Shown here piece after piece: positions 1 through 12,105 of a DNA stretch of 64,000 nucleotides. The stretch is from positions 2,224,643 to 2,288,642 of the forward strand of contig NW_015169174.1 of the NCBI RefSeq assembly GCF_001447785.1, written 5' to 3'. Position 1 is the stretch's first letter; each line of letters begins with the position of its first letter. Source of the DNA: Gekko japonicus (lineage: Eukaryota). Under the pieces are notes generated by a model. The model saw only the letters and a list, made by a program, of their open reading frames with translations. It did not search any database and was not told the origin of the DNA. A program made the translations under genes and the position numbers.

Positions 1-29
1 ATGTTTTTAATTGAACTTATATATGCATT

Positions 30-100
30 TTATGTAATCTGCCCTGAGTCCGCCTTGGCGGGAAGGGTGGGGTATAAATCGAACAAACAAACAAATAAAT
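30..100 (+). mobile_element. 3' tail of an L2-type LINE/SINE
   Basis: TGTAATCTGCCCTGAG...GGTATAAAT followed by an (AAAC/AAAT)n tail; same pattern as the L2 end at about 48745-48820. Confidence 0.6.
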
Positions 101-312
101 TTTACTTGAAAGGGCTTGGTAAATTATCCTGTCAGCCTAGTGATACTCTGGTGGCTGGGAGACTTTTCTACAAAGCCTCTGTGTATAGTAACCTGGAGAG
201 TTTACCTGCTAAAGGATGAACATTTGAAACAAAAAATATTCTCTCAAAATGAATATTTGGATTAGTTGTTGTAGATTTTCTGGGCTGTATGGCCGTGGTC
301 TTGGCATTGTAG

Positions 313-357
313 TACCTGACGTTTCACCAGCAGCTGTGACTGGCATCCTCAGAGGTA
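313..357 (-). ncRNA. Second hammerhead motif (inverted arm, BTRC sense strand)
   Basis: Minus strand reads TACCT-CTGAGGA-T-GCCAG...CTGGT-GAAA-CGTC-AGGTA, with one C>T change giving a G-U closing pair in helix II. Confidence 0.72.
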
Positions 358-423
358 TAACACAGAAAGATGGAGTACTCTCTGTATCAACTGACACAGA
401 GAGTACTCCATCTTTCTGTGTTA

Positions 424-468
424 TACCTCTGAGGATGCCAGTCACAGCTGCTGGCGAAACGTCAGGTA
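424..468 (+). ncRNA. Minimal type I hammerhead ribozyme motif (Penelope-associated)
   Basis: Helix I TACCT/AGGTA; core CTGAGGA; extra T; helix II GCCAG/CTGGC; GAAA; one-bp helix III with palindromic ACGT; GTC cleavage triplet (cut after 463). Confidence 0.8.
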
Positions 469-2142
469 CTACAATGCCAAGACCACGGCCGTACAGCCCA
501 GAAATCTACAACTAATGAACTCTGGCCGTGAAGGCCTTCGACAACATATTGAATATTTGGACTTTGAAAACTAAGGCAGCATCAAGTTACTTAAACTGTA
601 GTGGGAGATACCCCATATACCATATTTGCCCAAAAGGAAGATGACCCTAAAAGGAAATGATATCTCTAAAAACAGATTATACAGAGAGGGTTTTTAATTT
701 CTGTACATAGCTGTAACTTTTATGAGAATTTAACACACACAACTCTTTTCTTGAGAGGAGATTTTAAAAACAATCTTAAGTATTGAAGGCCTCTTTAAAT
801 GACAATCATTATTCCCTGTAAATGTGGCCAACTACCTGAAAACTAATAGCTTACAAACAACCCTATCCTGTGTGCTTACTTGGAAACAAGTCTCATTGAG
901 ATTAATGGGGCTTACTCCCAAATAAATGTGTAAAGGGCAGTAAACCTGTATTCTGGTCTGTATCACTTCATGCAGGTGGGGGCTCACATGACAATGCTCC
1001 TTCAAACAAAACATCCCTTCACATAAGAAACTGGATGTGAGAGAAAAGCCTGGCCCTTTCCTTGTCATGTTAGTTTTCCATTAATGAAAACATTTATATC
1101 TCACCTTTCCTCCTGGTTCAAGGTGGCTTTCTAGAATAGTTAAAACACCCCCAGCTAAAATGAAAGATAAAATAACAAGCCCCAAATCCATCCTTCCCTT
1201 AAAAGATGCTTGGTATTTAACCCCCCTTAAAAGCCCTGGCAAACAGGCAGGATTTGCAGCATCTCCTGAAGATCTCCAAGGAAGGGGCCCCCCTCTCACC
1301 TCATCAAGGCAGCCCATTTCACAAAGCCAGAACTGTCAAGGAATTGGACCTCTGGCTCAATTCCTTGTTCTGTAATTAAACATCAATCTGGCTTAATATT
1401 AAGATCTAGGCCTGCACAATGGGTTGAAGGGAAACATCCAGTTGTTGACATGGGATAGTTTGCAAGTCGACTTTGTGCCTTTGAATAACAGAAACCAACG
1501 AAGCCACGCTATTTGTTCACTAAACCACACATCACTCCTTCTTTTGATGCTTTGATTTATACTACAAAAGGGAAGTATCCTGTCATAAACTGTTTCTCTT
1601 CTGAGCCATTTGTTGTCACAGGTCCATGTCAAGATAACTTCAGTAGTCTGAGTTCTGGACTGGCTAAAGGGCCCCAGCTTCTTCAAATCTTAGACTTTAA
1701 GAAGTTTAGCTTTTCTGTTCTTTGTGGTTAGTTGCAGTTGTAGCTGACAGCTTCAGCTATCCCGACGTGATGGGCTAACCTTGCCATAGGCCAGGCACTT
1801 GCCTGGCACACACACACAGACCAATCCTCTTTGGACGAAGAGACTTGTAATGCTGTCTAATTTCAATCAAGAAGAGTAACGCCTGGTAAATAAGGTTGTG
1901 CTGTGTAGCTAGAACTTTACTATGTAGCTTTCTTGTTGTCACTCATTGCTTTGTTCTTTTTGAAATACTCTTGTACTCTTTAACAAAATTACTCTGATTA
2001 TATTGGCTGTTCTGTACTTCAGGTGCTGCAATCTAATTCCAGCACCTTAGACTTAAAAGTGTTCACCTACTGGTTAATCTTTAGTGCAAATTCATTCTGC
2101 AAGTGGCCAATCTTGCAGAGCTGACTTTCTTGGTTAATTTTT

Positions 2143-2430
2143 AGAAGAAGAGGCAGAGGAAATTGGATTTATACCCCGCCCTTCATTACCCAAAGGACTC
2201 TCAGAGCATCTTACAATCTCCTTTCCCTTCCTCTCCCCACAACAGACACCCTGTGAGGTAGTTGGGGCTGAGAGAGCTCTTTCGAGAACCACTTGTGAGA
2301 GAACAGCTTTGAAAGAACTTGCAATTGACCCAAGGTCACACCAGTAGCTGCATGTGGAGAAGTAGAGAATCAAACCCGGTTCTCCCAGACTAGAGTTCAT
2401 GCTCCTAACCACTACACCAAACTGGCTCTC
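2143..2430 (-). mobile_element. Squam3-like tRNA-derived SINE
   Basis: Minus strand starts GAGAGCCAGTTTGGTGTAGTGGTTA (A box), has a GGTTTGATTC B box and ends ATAAATCCAA-(CTT)n; three near-full copies in the window. Confidence 0.85.
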
Positions 2431-4505
2431 AAGGTTGGAAGCTTGCGCCTTGGCTTCTGAATGTGTGGGTAGACAAATGAGGCTGGTGGCAGGCTATCCC
2501 ACATGTGTGTTTAGATTCACATTCCAGGTTTGTTTGGTAATTTTGAGTTCTGCCCCCCCCCCCCCAAGGATACCCTGGATTGGAGATTCTTTTTTTTTAA
2601 TTTTTATTTTACATTTTCCAAACGAAAAACAAACATTTTTATGTTTTTACATAGTACATAAATTTGAGTCAGTTTTCAGATTCTAGCCATTTATATAATC
2701 CTTTCCACTGGATTGGAGATTCTTGACAAGAAGTACAATGGAAAAGGTGCAGGCCTGGTTGATGCCAGACGGGCCACCCTAAGTGCCCATCTAGGTACAA
2801 GGGACTTTTTGTATGGTTTTCTACCTCAGTGAGAAGGGGCTTTGTATCACAGCCTTATGCCTTACTCACTGCTGGAAAATATTTTCATCAAACCGTGGAA
2901 CTGAATTTCAAGTAATCCTGTTTAAGATTGGACGGGAAAAGAAAACCATACCAAGACTGTGTTAATCTGAGCCCAAAATCAAATTTAAAGTCAGATTTTC
3001 AAAGTTACAAACTAAATAGCAAACAAAAAAGCCAGCACATAGCTATACTGTTTTATGCACATGTCTGTACATTATTTTAGCGTATTTTGAAAGGTAAAAT
3101 AAATTCTCCTTATTGCAAAGCCTCTAGCTGATTCTTGAGAGATTATTTTACAGGAACCATTAATCTGAGAAACAGCATTGTGGGAATCAGCAGAGTTTCC
3201 CATATCTCATGGCAACTACTCAATTATTTGAAATAAAAGTATAACTATATTTAGCTATTTTTGTATCAAGCCAATTGTTTTAATGCCAACAGCCTATTAA
3301 CTGGGCAAGTTCGGAATTATTATTGGAAGCTGAGATACTCCCCTAAAGCTGGCCAAATCTCTCTGTACTTGTTGCATTTTTAAGTGGAAAAATATAAAAT
3401 GAATAAAATAAGCTATTATCTCAAAGTTCATTTTTTGATGCACGGATTTTTACAACAAATGTGTAGCTCCTAACAAGCCTAGTGACTAAAACTTGCTCTA
3501 TCACTAATGAAGCTTAAAGTTTCAAAATCCATACTACAATCACTGGAATGAGCCTTAATGCTTGCTAGTTGGTCCTTATGATAACAGGCAAGATTTTCTT
3601 TTCTGGAAATCACACAGTACCACAAATTACCATTAGGGGGCAGCACAGTATACATGATCTTTTGTCATGCTTCTTCATTCCTTTCCTTTTCCCCACAGCT
3701 TTGCTCTTGCTCATTTCAACACACATGCACGCGAGAGAGCACACACACACACACACAGAATAGCTTGCTCTAATTCAATTAGTGCAGACTGCAACTCCAG
3801 AAAAAGAGTAATTCAATTAGTGCATTGTGGGGCTCTGCAATACCTCTAAGCAGATGTTCACAATCCTCAGGAACTTGGAGCTAGCTTTAAAAGTACCTGT
3901 ATCCCATCCGGTTGGCACCACATATGTCATTTGTCATACTGGCTGTGCACACTTTCTGGACTTAACAAGGAGAAGAAGGCAAAGAATCTCCTCTGTTAAA
4001 AACATGGACTAGGCCTCAGAATACAGCTTCTCAAGAAGAACAATGCATTATTATATAACACTGCCATTAATTCCAAGCTGAATTTGGGGTTGTTCTATTG
4101 GGGAAACCACTGATTATGATCCATCTGCACATTACTGGCGGTCATAATCATTCATGCCAATACATTGCTTGAATGATACAGAGAATTTCCTTAGAGCAGA
4201 CAAATTTTTACCACTTACTTTAAAGCCAAATTTGCAATGGTACTGTTTTCAAGTGTTCAACATCCTAGATGCCTTCAGGGACATAGTAGATTTGGGGGTG
4301 GAAGGAGATTAAAGCAGCCTATAAAATCATCTGACACTGTCAAATCCAACTGATTTTTTTGTTCAACAACAACAAAAACACCTTGCTACTTTGATGACAC
4401 AGTATATGATTTGGAATGCTAAGACAAGCCAAGAACAATTATGTTCCCTTCCTGTTCCAAAATAGCAATTTATCTATCCTGGAATATATTAACTTGGCAA
4501 TATAT

Positions 4506-4573
4506 TAACTGCATTCATTCAAGGTGTTATAAGTAAGAGTAACTGCATTCATTCAAGGTGTTATAAGGAAGAG
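4506..4573. repeat. Tandem duplication, 34-bp unit x2
   Basis: TAACTGCATTCATTCAAGGTGTTATAAG(T/G)AAGAG twice. Confidence 0.9.
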
Positions 4574-7157
4574 TAAGAACTGAACAGGAAGGAAAGCAGG
4601 GAGGAAGCATCTACAGCTTTTTACCGTGGCATGCTAACTAACCACTCTGTTGGAACATACCTTTCACATGAGTCACATTTTGGAAGGTAAACATTCTGAG
4701 TATAAGCCTTTCACCTTTTTTATTATTCTTTAAATATTAAAGCACACACATTTCAACTACACATTTCCCTGGGCAACCTGCTCACTCATTTTCTCTAAAT
4801 GCTATAAAGCTAATCTTTATCCACCACAGCTGTGTTTAGGTATGACTATTAAACTGCTGATTTGGTTACATTTCTGCCCTTCACAGTTAGTACTTTCAGT
4901 TTTATCAGTGGCAAAGAGGGAAGGAGAAGAGAGAATCTCTCAGCCTGTGTCCTGTCCCTCTTAAATGAGGGCCATTGCTTAAATCTGCGTGTCACATACA
5001 ATGGCAGTTCAATATTTCATAGCCAATACAAGGAATGAGCAACACTGCTTCAACTTTAAATCTTGGTAAATCCCCCATGTCAGCCTCTCCCTCTCATTGA
5101 AATGCCAGAGGGAGCAGCAATCAGAGTGGAGATGTTCAACGTGATAGAGGTCAGGACACCAGTGGATCGACACACGACCTTGTTTATTTTTTTCTCCGGT
5201 ATTATTGTTTACAGGGTGCTTTGTTCATGTACCTTGTGGTTCTTAGCTAAAAGATGAAATTACAGCCCAGGATGGTGCGCTCAGGCACACATCCAATTTG
5301 TGTTTCCATCTCAGAAAACAAAAAGCTTTGGAGGCCCTCGGGCTGCCATTCAAACTTGGAGAGGCTGACATTTTTAACAGCATGAACCAGAGACTGGCAG
5401 AGGGAATGATCGAATGCATTTCTAACTTGTCAATCAAAGATCTCACCTCTGCTGTCTTGTAAACAGTTGGGAGCCATCTAAGTACATTCATAAATAGGGG
5501 ACAAGCCAGCCACCAGCTAGGGGCTGGAGCCACAGACTTTGGCTGCTAGGCCCCCCAAATTAGGATTTGGTTTTAAAACCTGTACCACAAACAACCTGCG
5601 GCACCTTATCAAGACTACTAGAGTAGAATCAGAGTGGGCAGTGCTGCACAGATTTCAGTCAAGTACAGTCAAAACTTCTACTATGTTCATAGAATCTTCT
5701 GACCACTTCTAATAATAGGCAAGAGCCTTCTGTGCTAACTACATGGCTGAGTCTCTAAATAGCTTCTTCAAGAGAAGCCTCACCCCTTTTGGAGTCTTAG
5801 ATAGATGCACTTGTCCCCACCTGAGTTTGCCGGACTAGCTTGTAGAAGAGAATCAGCTGTGACAACAGCTGTTTTCCTTCTGTATATGTGCATGCTACAA
5901 AGCAAAACAGACATAAGTAGGTAGAAGTATTCTACAAAAAATTACAAGAATAAGTTGCATTTGAAATGCAGCTTAAAAATCTGCTTTGCTACTTATAGAT
6001 AACTCACAGACTTGTTGGCAAGATGAAAATAAAGTTCCATTCACCAAAATAAACAATTTTTTTTAAAGTTTGCTTATGAAGGTGCATTTATAGCCTCAGA
6101 CTCTCTTCTGGCTTCTTCGCCTGCTATGTAGAAAAAACACAAGCACAAAGTATTCCCATTTTATAAACCTAGTTGCTTTCTCTTCTAAATGGTTACGATC
6201 CCCACAAGCTCCTATACAATATTTCATTTCTTAGCTGTATATACCCACCCCCAACATGCACTTGAGCAAGACTGTTAACAAATAGACGTTTTGGAGGACA
6301 TTAATTCATAGGGTTGCCATGTCAGAAGCGACTTGACAACATTTAACACATATACAAGCTGTATATAGCATATGTTTCTTATCCTAAATGTACTGGTGCA
6401 AATGAATTTTTCCCACCATACGAAGGGAGAAACAAAAGTAGCACAATATTCACTTAGGTTAAATAGTCTTAACATTAAAGAGGTATTTGTAGTAACTTCG
6501 TAGTGAATGACACAGATAAGGATGATGCAATAAATCCACAGTAGTGGATTTCAGAACTTCTGACCCTCAAGAGAACCCTTTCCATATAAAATTGCCAGCC
6601 AAGGAACCCCTGCAAATTATCCTCGGGTGGGTTCCAAAGGGCATTTAGTCCAACATTCCATTTTCAGCAGTGACAACCTAGATACCTCCAAGAAGCCCCA
6701 CAAACAGAACACAAAGGGAACCGCTCACCCTTGTTGCTTCCCTCTCAGAATCTGGTATTGAGACACCCTACCTCTGAATATGGAGGTTCCATTTATTATC
6801 TATTTTACCAAACATCCATTGACAGACTAAAGGTGTCTAAAGCCAAAGACCATCATTGTGCTTTGTTGCAGCAAATTCCTAGCATGAGAAGAACTCTCGT
6901 ATTTATGTGGAATCAATTCAATTTGGTGAGCCAAGGTTCTAATATAGTGAGAATGGATGAAAAATTCTACTCACCTTTCATCCTTTCTATCATGTTCTTC
7001 CTTTAGCCCCCACCCATACTAACATTTTCCACCATAGGTAATCACACATCAGTTCTGATGTTGGTTGTGCTTTGTTTAAACTTTTCCAGATTCACAATAT
7101 CCCATCTGAAATTCAGAAACTAGAACTATATGCCAATAAACTGAATGCAAAATATCA

Positions 7158-7363
7158 CAGTGTTCCCTCTAAGCTGAGTTAGTGTGAACTAGCTCACAGT
7201 TTTTAAGGCTCCGGCTCACACATTTTTATCTCAGCTCAGGAAGGATGGCTCCAGAACACACTAATTTATGTAGTAGCCAAATCACCTGCTCACAACTTTA
7301 ATGCCAGTAGCTCACAAAGTAGAATTTTTGCTCACAGGACGCTACAGCTTAGAGGGAACATTG
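7158..7363. mobile_element. hAT MITE (~206 bp)
   Basis: TIRs CAGTGTTCCCTCTAAGCT / AGCTTAGAGGGAACATTG; same family as 37192-37397 and 9730-9922. Confidence 0.85.
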
Positions 7364-8720
7364 ATCACAAATATTTATAGGGGCACGACAATACTGTTTA
7401 TCTTCAGTCTCTCTCCAAAACTGCAGAATCTTAAAGTATACCCTGCATGACATTGCGTGAATAGAAAGATCGGAGTCCAGTATCACCTTATAGATCAACA
7501 AGATTTCCAGGGCATAAGTGTTTGAAAGTCAAAGCTCCCTTTGTCAGACTCAAATCTAATTGTTCTACTGCAAACCAACACAGCTATCCTCTAAAACAGG
7601 GGTGTCAAACATGCTTGTGAGCTGGATCCACCCCCTGCAGGACTTGAATCTGGCCTGCAAACAACTGGCTGTCTCCTGCTTCCTTTCCCAAGGTTGCTGC
7701 CGCCACTACATTCCAACTCACTTTTACCCAGCTTCCTCTCCTGCTTCCTCAAGACTTGATATCTCTCTCACTCACACACACAGCTCCCTCGGCCACTGCT
7801 TCTTGCTTCCTGTTTGCGCGGGAGAGGTATAAAGCCAAGCCTTGCTTTATTTATTTATTATATTTATACCCTGCCCATCCTGCAAACAGGCTTTGTTTGA
7901 TTTCTATCCCGCCCTCCCTGCTAGGGCAGGCTAAGGGTGTGTGTGTGTGTGTGTGTGTACACACACACACAGACGTATTTATTGTTCCCTCTAAGCTGTA
8001 GAGTCCTGTGAGCAAATTTTTTTATTTCAGGTATAAGCTTTCATGTGCACACACACTTCTTCTGAGGGAGGGAGGGAGGATTCTTCTAACAAGCTCAATT
8101 TACATTGAGATTGTTGTGCTCTGCTGTTTTCTTTGAGACTTGATCTCTCTCGCTCACACACACACACACACACACGTACATGTGTTAAAAGGAAGGGACA
8201 TGTTGGGATAAGGAAAAAGGAGAATTAAAAGGAAATTATTTTGGCTTATTCTGAAAAGCTTTTTAAAAGATTAGATTTCTTTATTTTTATTTTCTTTCAA
8301 AAAGACCCTGATTAGGAATTAGAACACTTGGATTGGATTCCATTGTTTAATGACTGGAAAAATATAGTTAAATTTGTATGTTGTTATACTACTTAAGTGT
8401 ATTTGGTTGTATTTCATACTGTTAATTGATGGTTACACATGAAAATTTGGAATAAAAATGTTATTAAAAAATTCATCTATGGTTCCATATATTCCAGTTC
8501 AACTCATCTCCCTTTCTCCCCTCCCCCCTTGCTGGCTGCCTTTCTTCATTCTGCCTTTGCTTTTTAAACTTTCATTATTATTAGTAGCACTGAGTGGATT
8601 TTGCCCAATCTGAAATCAACACATTATTTCACTCGGAGAGATCCCCCTCTCCAGTTTAAACAGATGAAGAAAAAAAGAAAGAAACCTAGCAGCATAATTT
8701 GCAATCTTTATGACTGCAAA

Positions 8721-9219
8721 GGAGCAAGAGTCCAGTAACACCTAAAAAATTGTGGCAAGGCACAAGCATTCATGAGTCACTGCTCACTTCTTCAGATACA
8801 GCTAAAATATGAGTCCATTTGTCCTTATAACTTGGAGAGTGATTTCAGATGCTAAATGACAACAGGTGTTGGTAGTAAGGCAGAAAACTTAGGTCTCAAT
8901 TCAGTCCTGGAGGATGCATTGTCTTGAGCTTCATTATCAGTTGCAATTCAGCAGTCTCTCTTTCTAATCTCCCTTTGAAATTCCTTTGTAAGAGAACTGC
9001 TACTTTTAGGTCAGCAACTGAATGTACTGGAAGTTAAATGTTCTCCCACAGTTTTTTGAATGTTGTGGTTTCCAATGTCAGACTTTTCTTTGCATCCTGC
9101 TGGATTGAATCCTCCTGGACCGAATTATGACCTAGGTTTCCTGTCTCATTACCAATGCTGTTATCTCCATGCCTACTACCCCTCACCATATCAGGCCTGC
9201 TACTATCATTCACCTGCAA
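8721..9219 (-). mobile_element. Penelope-like element 3' fragment with GIY-YIG endonuclease C-terminus
   Basis: Minus strand of about 8897-9030 translates HSVADLKVAVLLQRNFKGRLERETAELQLIMKLKTMHPPGLN. An inverted partial copy lies at 9090-9219 and 10241-10290. Confidence 0.8.
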
Positions 9220-10240
9220 AGTCCTTAGAAGCAAAGGCTTGGATGGCAACTTTTTTCTTTAGGCTAAAAATATTCTACTCCCTAGAGGGATGTTATTTGC
9301 ACCTTTTAGCTAAGGACAGTTTTCGAAGTTCACAGCTGGAATTGGTTGATGACAGATTACAAAGTTTAGGATTTCCCCCTGAATTTTTCAATCAAGTAGA
9401 CTACCCTTCTGCGTAGAAGCAAATTAATTCTAGTGTTTTACGCCTAAATAAATGGAGTACAAGTTGCTGAGCTCGACGGATCTGTTCTTTGTATTATTTA
9501 GGTCTTCCGATTCCAGAATCTTTGCCCTCTTACTGTAAATCTTTGATGGTCCCCAAATATAGAATATTGTTTTCCAAGGCACGAGTAAATGTTTTGCCTC
9601 TTGGGGAACTAGCGGGCAGATTCCTAGGGACCCCTTTTTCAGAACGACTTTGTAATTGTAATTCAGGTGATTTGGATACAATTTGGCATTTTTTTCATTG
9701 ATTGCAGAAAACACAATATGGCTCATGACGAGCTGATTTAGTATGAGCTAGCTCACAGTTTTTTAGCCTCCGGCTTACACATTTTTGTCTTGGCTCAGGA
9801 AGGATGGCTCCAGAGTCAACTAATTTATGCAGCAGCCAAATTGCTCGCTCACAATTTTAATGCCAGTAGCTCACAAAGTAGAATTTTTGCTCACAAGGCT
9901 CCATAGCTTAGAGGGAACATTACTCATGACAGATGGATCTCAGTGTATATTCAAAAATGGAGCCCTGCTACTAATCAGGAATTTGTAGCTAATCTCTTAG
10001 CTGATACTGATCCAAATGTGATATTGGCAGTGGGAAAGTTTTTATCTGTAACCCTGGGTGGTATTAAATGAATTGACTCTTTTAGGCAGTTAATATATAT
10101 TTGGTAAACAAATTGCTTAATTTTGTGAAACTGTAACTGTTATTGTAATGTACTGTATGTATATATGTTGTATTTTGTATTATATCCTATTTGCTTATGA
10201 CTTATGGGTCTATGAGCAATAAAAATGAATCGTATGTATG
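9220..10240 (+). mobile_element. 5'-truncated RTE-X-like LINE 3' end
   Basis: 14-bp TSD TCATTCACCTGCAA (9206-9219, 10241-10254); degenerate C-terminal peptide LAGRFLGTPFSERLCNCNSGDLDTIWH; AATAAA near the end; similar to 44640-46100. Confidence 0.6.
9730..9922. mobile_element. hAT MITE copy lacking its left TIR
   Basis: Matches 7158-7363; 8-bp TSD CTCATGAC (9722-9729, 9923-9930). Confidence 0.8.
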
Positions 10241-10291
10241 TCATTCACCTGCAATTGCCATTTGGCATCTGAAATCACCTTTATAAAGTTT

Positions 10292-10627
10292 AAGTGGTTA
10301 AGACACTGAACTGCAGGCTGTGGAAGGTCAGTAGTTCAGCAGTTTGAGACCCGAGTGTGCTGCATGACCGACTGAGCTCCCATCTCTAGTTCCAGCTCCT
10401 GCCAACCTAGCAGTTCGAAAGCAAGAAATTGCAAGTAGATAAATAGGTACCACTTCAGTGGGAAGGTAACAGCATTCCGTGTGCCTTGGTGTTTAGTCAT
10501 GCTGGCCACATGACCACAGAAATGTCTTCGGACAGCGCTGGCTCTTCGGCTTTGAAACGGAGATGAGCACCGCAACCCTAGAGTCAGATTCGACTGGCTT
10601 TCGAGCAAGGGAACCTTTACCTTTACT
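10292..10627 (+). mobile_element. Sauria SINE (slightly 5'-truncated)
   Basis: Body ...GTAGATAAATAGGTACC...CTGGCCACATGACC... and an (ACCTTT)n tail. Confidence 0.9.
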
Positions 10628-11349
10628 TACCTTGTATTACATTTTATAGCACGCATGGCCCGGCCTGACAAAGTAACATTTATGTCAGATCCAGCCCTCG
10701 TAACAAATGAGTTCGACACCCCTGCTCTAAAACTATTGTATGGCTAGCATTAGTATAGTCCTGGCTTTTATTTGCTGGTGTCAGGTGACTCTTTTCAGGA
10801 TTCTTCATTATCATAATGGGGTAGCCTTTGTTTTGCATGCAGAGGGTCCCAGATTCAATCCCTGGCGTCTTCCTGAGACCTTGGAGAGCTGCTGCCAGTG
10901 TAGCATCGATGGGAATATATAATGATTTTTCATATTATTATTCATATACTTATATTTTTCTGGCTTTATGATTTTTTATAATAAGGTTTTATTAGGATTT
11001 AATAAGAGGCTACTAAGTGGTAAGGCCTCTCCTTTGTAGGTTAGAGTGTCTTTTTAGCTGATACTAGCAGACAAGAAATAACATTTTTTTTCAAGTTGTT
11101 TGGATGAAATAGCTATCTAGCTGTCTGGCTATTTTAATAGGCCTTCAGTGCAGCATTGCTGGCAAAGTAGGGGATAGTTTTTTCAATAGATATATTTGCT
11201 TGGCTTTTTACTCACAGTATAGAGTTCATGGTTTTAGTTTTTTGGGGTAAAACTCTGAAGGCCAACAAGGGCTTTAGTTTCATATTTGAAAACATCTTTT
11301 GTTTGGGTATGAAGAATCCTAGAGTATTATTAATAAGGTTAGGTTAAAT

Positions 11350-11746
11350 CAGGGCTATTTTTGGGCAGGAACGTACAGGATCGGAGTTCCGGCTGGCTCC
11401 CAAGTTGGCCACGCCCAGCAGGAACTCATTAGCATAATAGGCCACACCCAACAGCAGAAACTCATTAGGATTGGCTACATTAGGGGTGTGTGGCCTAACA
11501 TGCAAAGGAGTTCCTGCTACAAAAAAAGGCCCTGAGTTTTGACAACAAACAAGGTAAACAGAATAAGAAGCAAAAGGTGGGTGTGGCTGGATAACCACAC
11601 TTCTGGTAACATGTGGGTGCAGCCTAATGTGCTAATGAGCTGTGCTGCCAGGGGTGTGGCCCAATATGCTAATGAGTTCCTGCTGTTGGGTGTGGCCTAT
11701 TATGCTAATGAGTTCCTGCTGGGCTTTTTCTACAAAAAGAGCCCTG
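11350..11746. mobile_element. hAT MITE with an internal extra terminus and ATGCTAAT repeats
   Basis: CAGGGCT.../...AGCCCTG termini, 8-bp TSD GGTTAAAT (11342-11349, 11747-11754), and a second right-end-like sequence ending at 11534. Confidence 0.75.
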
Positions 11747-12105
11747 GGTTAAATAAACATTTTAAGATATCATATAGTCACACCTTTTGCTGTAACTGAC
11801 CAATGAATAAATGTCTACTCCAATGATGTTCTGCCATGCTGTGACCAATTATGATTTCTGAATGTTATCTTTTGCCTATGTAATTTTGAGTATAAAACTT
11901 CATGTACTTCCTTATATTGCTCAGAAAGCAGTCAATTTTTGATAGGCTATTTTGGCCTAACTGCTTTCAGAGATTTCATTGCAATTAAATATCTAAAGAA
12001 CTTTTCCATCCTCACTGAGACTTCTCTTGCGTGTTCTGTTATTGGTCTGAGAGCACACAAGCAGGGATTTGTAGAACACCAGTCATAATAGATAATACTG
12101 AACTT

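Larger units (their letters stand above)
262..549. mobile_element. Penelope-like element terminal-repeat insertion in inverted (palindromic) arrangement
   Basis: About 125-bp inverted arms centred at 390/391, flanked by a 12-bp direct repeat TGAATATTTGGA (250-261, 550-561). Same family as 32448-32725. Confidence 0.85.
7597..10724. mobile_element. Charlie-like hAT non-autonomous element expanded by nested insertions
   Basis: Termini CAGGGGTGTCAAAC / GTTCGACACCCCTG with 8-bp TSD CTCTAAAA (7589-7596, 10725-10732). Confidence 0.8.

Noticed and set aside
209-515. Near-identical peptides on both strands
   Set aside because: A consequence of the DNA palindrome, not coding evidence.
2143-2430. tRNA genes at SINE heads (all copies)
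   Set aside because: A and B boxes run into SINE bodies; no cloverleaf.
5100-5118. CTCF motif TGCCAGAGGGAGCAG
   Set aside because: Mismatches at conserved 5' core positions.
11420-11720. CRISPR-like spaced repeats
   Set aside because: Irregular subterminal repeats of a TSD-bounded MITE in a eukaryotic intron.
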